A DNA stretch of 64,000 nucleotides from the human T2T-CHM13v2.0 reference genome, Homo sapiens (GCF_009914755.1 NC_060940.1), one strand, 5' to 3'. Positions 16,812 through 30,672 are shown, numbered from the stretch's first letter. The notes: generated from the sequence alone by a model not told the origin. Made by a program: numbers and translations.

Positions 16812-17086
16812 TTTTTGTTTTTTGGAGGTGGAGTCTCATTCTGTCATGCAGATCTTGGCTCACTGCAACCTCTGCCTCCCTGGTTCAGGCGATTCTCCTG
16901 CCTCAGCTTCCTGAATAGCTGGAATTACAGGCGTGTACCATCATGCCCGGCTAGTTTTTGTATTTGTAGCAGAGACGAGGTTTCACCATGTAGGCCAGGC
17001 TGGTCTTGAACTCCTGACCTCAAGTGATCCGCCTGCCTCGGCCCCCAAAGTGTTGGGATTACAGGTGTGAGCCACTGCGCCCGGCC
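16812..17086 (-). mobile_element. Alu
   Basis: Reverse Alu; TSD cctgagaattttt. Confidence 0.9.
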
Positions 17087-17396
17087 TCCTGAGAATTTTT
17101 TTTGAAGACAGACAATCAGCATTCAGCAGTTGTTTATGAAGTGCCTGCTATGTGCCAGGTACCAGGCTACTATCTGACTTAAAATGGGGAACAAGACAGA
17201 GTTCCTGGGTACGTGGGATTTCCATTTTACTGGGAATCACGGTGAAAGAGGCAGGAATGGCCACTGATGGCTCTGCTTAGTTCCACATGCTCACAACCAT
17301 TGGTCTACTGGCCTCCTCCACTTGGACTTATGATAGCTAAAGCAGAACATCTGCTTTTCCCACCAAAACTTCAATTTCTCCACCGTCTTCCCCACT

Positions 17397-17956
17397 GTAT
17401 TAGTTTTCTTTTGGTGTGGCAACAAATGGCTGATAACAAATTATCTTACAGATTTGGAGGTCAGAAGCCGTGGATTTCAATGGGCTGAATGAGGTGGTGG
17501 CAGGATTGTATTTGTTTCCATAGACTCTAGGGGAGAATTCCTTTCCTTGCTCATTCCGTTGTTGACAGAATCCAGTTCCGAGTAGCTGAATGACTAAGGT
17601 TCCCGCTTCTGGTTGGCTCTCAGCTGGGGGCTGCCCTGAGCTCTGGAGGCCCCCAGAACCCAGAACAAGCAATGGCATGTTGAGTCCTTTTCATTCTTGG
17701 AATCCGACTTCCTGTTCTCCTGCTTCTCCTCTGTGGTTGTCTTCTGCCATCCCTCTCTTCTGCTTTCGACTGGAGGGCATTCTCTGCTTTTAAGGGCTCA
17801 CGTCATTAGATTGGGCTCACACAGGTAATCCAGTATACTCTCCTATCTCAAGGTCTATAACTCTAATTATATCTGCAAAGTCTCTTGCTATGTGCAGCAA
17901 CATATTCACAGCATCTTTGGGGCATGGGCATCTTTGGGGGCCATTCTGCCTACCAC
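17397..17956 (-). mobile_element. MLT1 (MLT1D/E-like) LTR
   Basis: tgtattagttttc...ctctaggggagaattcc...ggggccattctgcctaccac. Confidence 0.75.
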
Positions 17957-17984
17957 TAGCATCTCTCTCTCTCTCTCTCTCTCT

Positions 17985-18290
17985 TTAAGAGAGACAGGGT
18001 CTTGCTCTGCCATCCAGCCTGGAGTGCAATGGCACATCTATAGCTCACTGAAGCCTTTAACTCTTGGGATCAAGCGATCCTCCTGCCTCAGCCTCCTGAG
18101 TAGTTGGGAAGTTGGAACTACAGGCACGCACCACCATGCCCGGCTTATTTAAAATTTTTTTTTTTTTTTTGTAGCATCAGGGTTTCTCTGCATTGCCTAG
18201 GCTGGTCTCGAACTCCTGATCTCAAGTAGTCCTCCCACCTCAGCCTCCCAAAGTGCTAGGATTACAGATGTGAGCCACCGCACCCAGCAC
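17985..18290 (-). mobile_element. AluJ-like element with a (CT)n tail at 17962-17983
   Basis: Reverse Alu sequence. Confidence 0.88.
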
Positions 18291-20122
18291 CCACTCATAA
18301 ATGCCACCTCTTGGTTGCTCAAACCAGAAATCTGGGAGTCATCCTGTGTTTTTCCGCAGACTTTGTCTCTGATTTACAATCTATAGCCAGTCCTGCCAGT
18401 TCCAAAATATACCCTGGAGATGAATGGCCATTTGTGACTGTCCTCACTGCTATCGCCTGGGTCAGGCCCCCAGAGTCTCTTTGCCTGGGATGCTATTGTA
18501 GCTCTGAGCTGGTCACCTGCTTTCCATCCTGGCTCCTGTGCAGTCTGCTCTTCACACAGCAGCCAGAGTGGTTTAGCAATCAGCAAACAGGTCACAGCTC
18601 CCGGCTCCCCTGATGAAAGGCCTCCAACAGCTTTGCCTCATCCTGAGAATAAGATATGAAGTTTCCCCTGCAGCCTCCAGCCCCGTGTCATCTGCCGCCA
18701 CCTGCCGTCCTGCTCTGACCTGTCACCTCGTCTCTGTGTGTACCTTCTTTCAGTCACAGTGGCCTTTCTGTTCCCGGAAGAAGTCCCGCGTTCCCATGTC
18801 ATCGCACTTGCCATTCCCTTTGCCAGAACATTCCCCCCGTGATAGCCCCATGATGGAGCTTCGAGTCAGTCAGTTCTCTGTGTGGTTGAGGTCTCCCCAC
18901 AGAGGCCCAGCCTCCATGTCTGCAGGAGCTCTCCTGAGGCACCCTCTCCAGTGTATGTTTTGCATAGAAATTGTTACTCCCGGAAATTCTCCTTACTTAT
19001 CTGCTCATTTGCTGCAAGCCAGATGTAAGTGCTCAGCAGAACTGTCTCTCATGTTCCACTCCCCACAGGTCCCAGGGCCCTGACCCATGGCAGTCGCTCA
19101 CAATGTATATACTGGGGCAGCAAATGCAGTGGTGGCATCAGAATTCCAGAGCCTTCTTGGAGAGTGAATGGTACTTCGCTGCCTTTCCATCTTAGTAGCT
19201 CAGAGGAAACGTGGAACTTGTAAGGGTTTGTGAGGTAGTTCCTGAATCAGACGTCTCCTCTGTTAAAGGTGCCCAGTGTGGAGAGCGTTGTTATTTTTTA
19301 TCTAATATATAATGAGACACCAAGGAGGACTTCCAGCCTCCCTTGGGAAATTTCCCTGAGTCTCTGTCGGAGGAGGACTTGTGTCTTGTGTCATTCTCTC
19401 TCACTATGATAGCCTGGTACAAAGAGATCCTCCGTAGACAAGAGTTGTTCCATCAGCAGACAGAGAGCTGGATTCAGCCCTCTGGCAGGAGTGCCACGCC
19501 TCCCTCCCCAGATTCCCCCTCCTCTCTCTCCTGCCCTCTGCTTCCCCAGAGCTTCCTTGCTTTGGCTTCCTAGACATAATTAAGATTTTCCAGGAAGTTG
19601 TCTAGGCTGTACATCATCTCCGTGGGCTTTTGAAATAGCCTCTGGTTTGTCATTTATTATATCGTTCCGATTTGTCAAGGTCTCCTTCTCAACGTGGGGA
19701 AAAAAAATGCACTCCGCTTCCAGGTGTACATGGGAATCGTTTAAAATACAGCGTGATTACAGCTGGGCCACCTGGCTGCTCGTTCTACCCCATCTTTGAG
19801 AGGAGGCAGCATTGGCTGTGCTGGCTTGGTGTAGCCACTGGCTAAGAAGGTGTCCTCCTCCTCTCTGCCCCTGCCTCCAGCCTGAGCAAGCCCTAGTTCT
19901 GCTGGGTGAGGGGGATGCTGGGATGTTTCTCTGCCTCCTCCAGCCCGCAGCCCCCACCTGGCTCCCCGCAGCTTTTATGAGAGCTGTGGCGCAGAGGACT
20001 GAGGAGCGGATTGAAGCCAGCCCAGGGTCACGTGTGGCTTTATGGATGAGAGCCCTTGAATATGATTGTCTTCCTATTTTCTAGTTTTTCTTACCTTTGG
20101 GACATTTTCTCATCACCTAATG

Positions 20123-20260
20123 CTAGTCTTCAAACTGTAAGGTACATCAAAATCACCCTGGATAGTTATTAAAATGCAGATTCCTGGCCCTCGTCTCCGA
20201 TCCACGGAATTCGTTTCTGGGAACCGAGACCCACGAATCTGCATTGTAACAAGTTTCCCC
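20123..20260. mobile_element. MER5-like DNA transposon remnant
   Basis: catcaaaatcacc...aaaatgcagattcctggccc...gaatctgcattgtaacaag inverted core. Confidence 0.65.
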
Positions 20261-21112
20261 TTCCCTCCCAGCCCTCCCCATGTGACTTTGATGAGCGTGG
20301 TTCAGGGTCCCCCTTTGAGCCCTGCTGATATAATGGACCTCTCTGCTCAGATCACCGCCACATCCAAAGTGCCCTGCCACCCCCTAATCCCCCGCTGCCT
20401 CTGCCTCTGCCCCATGAATGCAGCCGCTCAGGTCTTTGCTCCTGCTGATGCGCGGCCACGTTCCTCCAGTCTTCTCTTCTGTTCCCGCAGGAGACAGCTG
20501 CCACATTGAGGCTTCACAGGCACTTCTCTGTGACCCCTTTTTTCTCTCCATTGTGACCTGACCCTATGGCATTCTTCAGAATTCATAAGGGAAGTGAGCT
20601 TTCAACGTGATTTCTTTTTTAAACCTATCTTTTTTATCCCCTTGAAACATGAGACTTTGCCTTGACCTTGGGTTTCAGGGATGATGAGTCCTCTTCTGCT
20701 GGTGCTACAGGCGTCCTTGTTCCAGCCTTGACATTGTTTTCCTTGTAGGTTCCTGGAGCAGGGATACATTCTGGATTTCCAACATGAATTGTGTGAGATT
20801 TTTGTTGTTCTTTTAACCTCCCTGTTACCGTCTTCCTTCTCATCCTTCATCTGTTGTGCGCCTGGTGCTCCTTGAGGACTTTGTATTCTTGGCTTTGGGC
20901 TTCCTTCCCATGCGGCTTGAGGCGCTGGCCCATGTTACCTGTTGTTGTCTAGAAGTCTCTCCACAAAGCCCAGCCCCTTGCAGATGATTTGTCTTTGCCT
21001 TCTGAGCTTCTCTTTTCTCTCATGTGGGGTGGGGGCATCCATGTCCTCCTGGTCTCTTGGAGTGCGTTCCACCTTCTCCGTCTGCTTGCTCTCCAGGGCT
21101 TTCTTATCCAGG

Positions 21113-22692
21113 TCCCCGGCTGGAGTGGATGTTTGCTATGAGCTTGGGTCTGTGCACGCGTCCCCGGCTGGAGTGAGTGAGTGTTGAGCTCAGGTCAGTT
21201 CACACGCCCCCAGCTGGAGTGAGTGAGTGTTGAGCTCAGGTCAGTTCACACGCCCCCAGCTGGAGTGAGTGTTCGCTGAGCTCCAGTCTGTGCATGCGCC
21301 CCCGGCTGGAGGGAGTGTTTGCTGAGCTCAGATCTGTGTGCGTGTGCCCGGCTGGAGTGAATGTTTGCTCTGAGCTTGGGTCTGTGCATGCGTCCCCAGC
21401 TGGAGTGAGTGTTTGTTGAGCTCAGGTCAGTGCACGCGCCCCCGGCTGGAGTGAGTATTTGCTGAGCTCGGGTCTGTGTGCGCGCCCCCGGCTGGAGTGA
21501 GTGTTTGTTGAGCTCGGGTCTGTGCACGTGTCCCCGGCTGGAGTGAGTGTTTGCTGAGCTGGGGTCTGTGCATGAGTCCCTGGCTGGAGTGAGTGTTTGC
21601 TGAGCTGGGATCTGTGCATGAGTCCCCGGCTGGAGTGAGTGGTTCCTGAGCTCCAGTCTGTGCACGTGTCCCCGGCTGGAGTGAGTGTTTGCTGAGCTCC
21701 GGTCTGTGCGTGCGTCCCTGGCTGGAGTGAGTGTTTGCTGAGCTCGGGTCTGTGTGCGCACCCCCGGCTGAAGTGAGTGTTTGCTGAGCTCGGGTCTGTG
21801 CGCGCGTCCCCGGCTGGAGTAAGTGTTTGCTCTGAGCTCCGGTCTGTGCGTGCGTCCCTGGCTGGAGTGAGTGTTTGCTGAGCTCGGGTCTGTGCACGTG
21901 TCCCCGGCTGGAGTAAGTGTTTGCTCTGAGCTCCGGTCTGTGCACGTGTCCCCCGCTGGAGTGAGTGTTGGCTGAGCTCGGGTCTGTGTGCGCGCCCCCG
22001 GCTGGAGTGAGTGTTTGCTGAGCTCGGGTCTGTGCACGTGTCCCCGGCTGGAGTAAGTGTTTGCTCTGAGCTCCGGTCTGTGTGTGCATCCCTGGCTGGA
22101 GTGAGTGTTTGCTGAGCTCGGGTCTGTGCATGCGTCCCCGGCTGGAGTGAGTGGTTCCTGAGCTCGGGTCTGCACGTGTCCCTGGCTGGAGTGAGTGTTT
22201 GCTGAGCTCGGGTCTGTGCGTGCGTCCCCGGCTGGAGTGAGTGTTTGCTGAGCTCGGGTCTGTGCGTGCGTCCCCGGCTGGAGTGAGTGTTTGCTGAGCT
22301 CGGGTCTGTGCACGTGTCCCCGGCTGGAGTAAGTGTTTGCTCTGAGCTCCGGTCTGTGCGTGCATCCCTGGCTGGAGTGAGTGTTTGCTGAGCTCGGGTC
22401 TGTGCATGCGTCCCCGGCTGGAGTGAGTGGTTCCTGAGCTCAGGTCTGCACGTGTCCCCGGCTGGAGTGAGTGTTTGCTGAGCTCGGGTCTGTGTGCACG
22501 TCCCCGGCTGGAGTGAGTGTTTGCTGAGCTCGGGTCTGTGTGCACGTCCCCGGCTGGAGTGAGTGTTTGCTGAGCTCGGGTCTGTGTGCGCGTCCCCGGC
22601 TGAAGTAAGTGTTTGCTCTGAGCTCTGGTCTGTGCGCGCGTCCCCGGCTGAAGTGAGTGGTTGTTGAGCTCGGGTCTGTGCACGTGTCCCAG
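21113..22692. repeat. Minisatellite/VNTR, 46-bp unit (44- and 48-bp variants), about 34 copies
   Basis: Consensus CCCCGGCTGGAGTGAGTGTTTGCTGAGCTCGGGTCTGTGCACGTGT repeated directly; antisense ORFs show a 46-aa period (3 x 46 nt). Confidence 0.97.
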
Positions 22693-23594
22693 CTCTGCTT
22701 TGCTGTTTGTCGTTCATCCTCTGGATCTTGTTTAAAAAGTGAATGTTAGAACTGAAATTGACTCAAAGTCTTCCCCTTGGTTTGATAAATGAGGAGACCC
22801 AGGCTCTAGGAAGTGAGGTGACTGTTCAGGGTCACAGAACACTCCCTGGGAATTTGTCAGCTATCAAAATTTAAACTGCATCCCCTTTGACTCAGCAGCT
22901 TCATTTCTAGACATTCATCCCAAAGAGATACTTAAGCACATGCACAAAGAGACAGGCACGAGGCTGTAGATGGTGGTGTTATTTGAATTGGGATCAATAA
23001 AAGGCTGGTGGAATAGATCGTTGGTTCGATCCTAAAATGCAGCGATGACAAAGAACGGGGCTGGTCTGTGTACACCGGCGGGATGAGAGCGCAGGCCTGT
23101 CGCGGAGTAAGAGGTAGCAACACGGCAAGCTGTGCCATTTGTCTGATAGAAAACAAAACCAGTAAGAGTACATAAACCTGTGACAGTGGTGAGGAGACCA
23201 GGGCAGTGATGAAGGGTGACCTGCACTTTCTGTGCTCTGGACTTAGGCATTTGAATTGTTTTAATGCAGATGGCATTCACAAACCATGCAGTTCACGTGT
23301 TCTAAGTGTATAATTCATTGGTTTTCCGTGTATTCACAGAGTTGTGCAACCATCACCACTGTCCAACTCCAGAACATTTTGATGAGATCCTGTTCCTATT
23401 TGCAGTCACTCACCTCTCCCTGCAGCCCTTGGCAACTATGAAACTACCTTTTGTTTCTGTGTATTATCTTTTGAATGCAGTAGACTCAGCTCCTTCATGT
23501 GCAGAATGGGAAGCCAGATGAACTGGATCAGAGCATGTAAAGTGCTTGCCGTGGTGCTGGGCACTTAGCCAGCCTCCAGTGAAATATTAACTGA

Positions 23595-23935
<341 letters not shown>

Positions 23936-24757
23936 CCAACATCTTGAATAGTTGTATGGACCCGATGAGAGAGAATGAGCTCTCTAGAAATCTAACAGAT
24001 TATCATACAACTTGTTGGCCTGGTTGGGATTTATACTCTATCCCTATTCCTTGACATGCAGGGGTCTGGCATGTGTACAACAGGGCCATACACATTTAAA
24101 AATGGACATATATTTTCCCTGCAGTGAACATATGTTACTTATATAATTTGAGAAAATAAACTTTTTAAAGAAACAAAGAGAAAACATTATAAAGCCATGT
24201 TAAATGTACCTTGTTAGTTGGATGGCATCCCTAGTGAGAGTGACAAATTTTGTCTTTGTTGACTGATACATATATATATATTTTTTGCTAAGTTTTTACA
24301 GTCAGGCTCAAGTGAGGTATTGGTCAGTAATTCAGTCAGGAAGGAATGAGAGTCCAATTTGTGGATGTTTCATGGGTTCTGAGAAACTAGATGGAGTCTT
24401 TGCCCTTTTGAAGCTTCTAATCTAGGTAGACGGTCAAGGTCATGATCTGATGTTCTATTAATGACTTCAATGACCTCCACCACCATTGCCATCCATGGAG
24501 CATGCTTTCCGGACCAGGCACCCTTCTGATTGATTCAGCTCTTCCTTGATGCCTCCTCTGATGTTAACCTGCGAGAAAGGTGTGATTATTCTCTTTGTTC
24601 TGGGCAGGAGACTGTGTGCCGGCCAGCTGAGCCCCTTGCAGAAAGTGGCTGAGCCATGATTTGAGCCCAGGTCTGTCTGGCCCCAGCCCCTGTGCCTTTT
24701 GCAGTGTTGTGTCCTCACTCTGTTGACGTGCATCGTTTTTTAGCTGCCCCATATCTA

Positions 24758-25292
<535 letters not shown>

Positions 25293-26086
25293 TCACAGGT
25301 TTAGGATGAAAACACTTATTATCTATTGATCTATTGCCCTCCATATCCCAGGGCACAACAGTTAACAGCCTGAGTGTGTCCTTTGTGCTCAGACCTCCGT
25401 GTACATACCTGGATGATACCTTTCCACTCTCACCAAAATAGAACCATACTACATGCATTTCTGTTACTAGTTTAATTTTTGAACCCAGATACATCTGCTG
25501 TTTGGAATGAGCTGTTTTCTGTTTTTGTTTTTGTTTCTGTTTGGAATGAGCTGGTTTAAAAACAGCATTTGGGGTGATCCATGATACCCTGTCCCTTTGC
25601 TGACAAGCTGACACTTCCTTTTTTGGGTCTGTAGAGTGCAGTTAGGGCCCAGAGTTCTTTCGAGCAAATACTTTTGCACCACTTGTTTCAGGGCAGGAAA
25701 TCACTCTGTCTGGCACAGCTGTCCGCATGTTTTATTCCAGCAAAGAAGTTTTCACTGTCAAACTGCTTTTCACTTGGGGGGGAGAAACATGAGTCTAAAG
25801 TTTCCATCGAAGCCTCTGCTGGGCTCCATCACATGAGCAGGTGGGACTGTGGCTGGGGAAGGGTGTGATAACAGCTTTGATTTTATGCAACAGCCATTCC
25901 CAGCTGTCCCCGTGGATGCGTTATATATTTAGCTGATCTCTTGGAAGCGAGACGCAGCTTCGAAACAGGTGAGCAGATTTCTTAGGAAAGACACATGAGA
26001 CATGAAACTTAATGGACAGGTGTTCTGATTTTAAAAAGAGGGCAGGCTCTCACTCTTGTATTTGGCTTTTAAAAAATTCTCACGTC

Positions 26087-26404
26087 GGCCAGGCACAGTG
26101 GCTCATGCCTATAATCCTAGCACACTGGGAGGCTGAGGGGGGTGGATCAATTGTGCCTAGGAGTTTGAGACCAGCCTAGGAAACATGGCAAAACCTCAAC
26201 TCTACCAAAAAAAAAAAAAAAAAAAAAAAAGTTGCAAAATTAATTATCTGGGTTTGATGGCACACGCCTGTAGTCCCAGCTACTTGGGAGGCCGAGGTGG
26301 AGGATCACCTGAGCCTGGGGAGGTCGAGACTGCAGTAAGCCATGATTGTATCATTGCACTCCAGTCAGGGTGACAGTGAGACACCCTGTCTCAAAAAAAG
26401 AAAA
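26087..26404 (+). mobile_element. AluJ-like element with expanded middle A-tract
   Basis: Dimer; about 24 A at 26207-26230. Confidence 0.9.
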
Positions 26405-26560
26405 CTCTCATATCTTTGACACTTGGCATGAGAATAGAAAGTAATTTCTATTTTTCTCATGTTTAATTCTCACAAGAGTTACCATTATCCCCATTTTACA
26501 AATGAGGAAACTGAGGTTCAGAGAAAGGAAGTAATGAGTCCAAGAGCTGCTAGTTAGTGA

Positions 26561-27104
<544 letters not shown>

Positions 27105-27273
27105 TGTGATAGAGCCAAAATTTGAACCCAGAGATGGCGTGTGTCTCTGCCCACACTACTGATCATCTGCAATTCCCCATCTATTATTGAAAAAAAAAAA
27201 AAAAAAAAAGAATATCCCACTCAGACAACGTGGTTCTTGGTCTTGTTCTTGAGGGATGCAGTCAAGTATGTAA

Positions 27274-27567
27274 ATTTTTTTTTTCTTTGAGATGGAGTCT
27301 TGCTCTGCCACCCAGGCTGAAGTGCAGTGGCACAATCTCAGCTCACTCCAACCTCTGCCCCCTGGGTTCAAGTGATTCTCCTGCCTCAGCCTCCTGAGTA
27401 GCTGGGATTACAGACACCCGCCACCACGCCTGGCTAATTTTGTATTTTTAGTGGAGATGGGGTTTTACCGTGTTGGCCAGGCTGGTCTCGAACTCTTGAT
27501 CTCAAGTGATCCGCCTGCCTCAGCCTCCCAAAGTGCTGGGATCACAGTGAGCCACTCTGCGCAGCCC
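27274..27567 (-). mobile_element. Alu (AluSx-like)
   Basis: Reverse Alu sequence. Confidence 0.92.
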
Positions 27568-27752
27568 AGTCTGTACTTTTTGGGTAGTGTTTCCTTGGCT
27601 TGGGTATCACTGGAACCCCTTGCTTTTTAGTGGAGAATCCATTACCTGGGAAGTAGGTTCGTATAATGTGTTTTTAAAGCATTTGGAAAGGTTAAAATTT
27701 ATAGTTTTCTTAAATTATGAGTAGACAACCAAAAATGTTAGCATGGGTGCGA

Positions 27753-27783
<31 letters not shown>
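27753..27783. repeat. (GT)n microsatellite
   Basis: Read directly from the sequence. Confidence 0.95.
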
Positions 27784-30256
27784 GCATGCAGGGGAGTAGG
27801 CTCCCTTTGGTGTTTAACACACGGCCTTGGATGTTCCCAAGCGGGGGATTTTGAAATTAAGCAGGCTGGGGTTTTCATCACTGGGTTCATCATTGACAGC
27901 ATTTTCTAAAATCCAGCCCTCCATTTTCTCAGCTCTGAAATAGAGATTTCATGCCGTGGTGTTTGAATTCTCAAGTGGGATGGTTAAATTGTCCAGGCTG
28001 TGATGTGCTCCTGGGGTCCTTTAGGCAGTAGCCCCTTAGCACCTTTATTGCTGCCTGTGGATTTGTGTTTGTGCTGGAGCCCAAGACCATGGCAGGGCAC
28101 TGGAACCTCCCTCATCCTGCAGGAGCAGCCATGTGTGCTCAGCTGTTGACCAGGGCTGTCCGGAAAGAGCAGCGCCTCTGGAAGGTGCTGTAGCTGGAGG
28201 CTGTTGGGTAACCGCATTCCTCGCAATGGAACGGCAAGTTATCTTTTGGAGGGAGATCTGAGCTGTTTACTCCCTGGCTTCTACCTCCCAGCCTCTGCAC
28301 TGCATATACCCTGTGGAGTGATCCCTAAAAACGTCCAATCATCGCACTTCTTCTGAATCCTCCAGGGGCTGCTTGTTTTGCTCAGAATAAAATACCATAG
28401 CCTGCAAACCCTTACTGTCCCCTCTCTGGTCTCATTTCCTACCAATGTCTCCCTCCTCCATTATCCTTTAGCCACATGGGGCGTCCTCACTGTTGGTAGA
28501 ACATGTGGGTGCCCGCCCCAGGCCCTTTGCATTTGCGGTTCCCGGGAACGTTCTCTCCAGGGCTGTGCGGAGCTCACTCCCCTGCCTTATCCCAGTCTCT
28601 GCTCAGACAGCTCCTCACTAGCGAGGGCTTTCTTCGAACCTTATTTAACTAGCACTTGCCACCATCATTTTCTCACACTTTAACTTCCTCTAGCCCTTCC
28701 TCTGGCCTGGCATATTAAATAGTCACTTCTTGGGTCTCTGAGTCTCCTCACTGGAACAGAAGCTTCATATTGGCACTCACTTTTACCCCCCTTGATACAT
28801 CCCTGTATCTCTAGTGCCTGGTACCTGGCAGGTAATGAACCTTCAGTAGCTAGTTGTGTAGGAACTAAATGAAATACTTGCCCAGAGTCACCCCTGCTAA
28901 GCGGTAGAGCCAGACTTTGACTCCCAGGGTCTGTTTCATCGCAGAGCTCCGGGGTCTTGTTGCCCGTGTTTCTCCCTTTGCTACAGTGAGCACTTGAAGA
29001 TGGTGGATGTTACTGTTAGGAAGACCATTTCCTTTGTTGGAACACTGTGGGTAACCGGTGTCTTGTAGACATCATTGGCATCTCACCTGGAAGGGTCCTT
29101 TCTCCTTCGGAACTGTAAAGTGTCCCAAATTTCCTAAGACACAGAACCTTGCCCGTTGTTATGGGACCTGGGCATACCTCATTTTATGCATTTGAATGTC
29201 CTGGAAAACCATCTCTGAATTTAAAATGATTCTTTATTTTCGTCATCAGCATCTCACACTGTTTGCATCTGGGTCATGCTCAGCTTGTTCACATTGAAAG
29301 CAAAACAGTAACCTCATCATACTGTTTGCCATGCCGCTCTCCATGGTATCAGAAGTTTCACTTAATTTAGACAGAAAACCCTATGTGTTCTCTGGTGCCT
29401 GCTAGCAAGCTCAGCACAGTTTCTACCTATTTTAGACGACTTAACACAGATACCCCCAAACAGATGTGGCCGGCTGCGATGAGATGAAAAGTTATGAATG
29501 TTCTCTAAGTTTAGATGACCTGCTGATGGTACTGACTAACCCACAGCTTTTCTGGAACATGAAAATTAGTTCTTGTTGAACATAAATGTCTATATACTTC
29601 TACCAAACACAGTCTCCCTGTCTATTTGAATATAAGGAGAGAAGGCTTCTTGTTTTTGCCGAATCATTATTTTCCCATTTGGAGTGGAACTTTTATAATT
29701 ATGCAATCAGGGAGACACAGGAGAAAGTTGCTGACTATTCAGAGTATAGGCAGGTAAGTAGACTGCGGATTTTTCCCGTGAATAAGGTAGATGTTAACTA
29801 GGTTGATTGGCTCAATGGGAAATCCCAGTTAATAGCATCACCATCTTCACATTTGGCACGAGATTAAAATGGCCAGACTGAATCCTGCTTGGAGGCTCCA
29901 GTGAGATTTTGATGTGAAAATACTGTGTAATCTGCAGTGCTATGTAAATTGAAGCAGTATCATTATTTTGATTTCTGTGACAATAAGATAGGTCTTATTG
30001 ACCTATCTTTCTACATTGTGCTTAAAGCACAATGTAAGTTTCTGATTGAACATGGAAATATCCAGCCATGTAGATAAAAGCTTCTGTCTTCTTGGATTCC
30101 AGCAGGTGTACTTTTCATGCGGTCCTTGACCAGGGCAAAATACAAATTTCTGAACACTGTCAAGGTAACTCAGAATATGGGCAGAAATTGTTAATGCGTT
30201 TCAGATTGCATTGCTAACCAATGTCTTGAAGCCTTCTATTTTTGAAGTCAGTGTGA

Positions 30257-30672
<416 letters not shown>

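Noticed and set aside
21113-22692. VNTR as a CRISPR-like array (constant repeat plus variable segment)
   Set aside because: The variable part is only about 10 nt of related RY sequence, not unique spacers; there are no cas genes and the DNA is primate intron.
21246-22717. Long VNTR ORFs as an annotated protein-coding gene
   Set aside because: Openness in all three frames follows from unit composition; there is no evidence of a promoter or transcript. Kept only as a speculative finding.
23541-23561. REST/RE1-like motif agtgcttgccgtggtgctggg
   Set aside because: Mismatches fall in the conserved core and the sequence is explained by a MIR tail.
27190-27209. Stand-alone A20 tract as a retroposed tail
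   Set aside because: No convincing TSD or element body; treated as a mononucleotide microsatellite.
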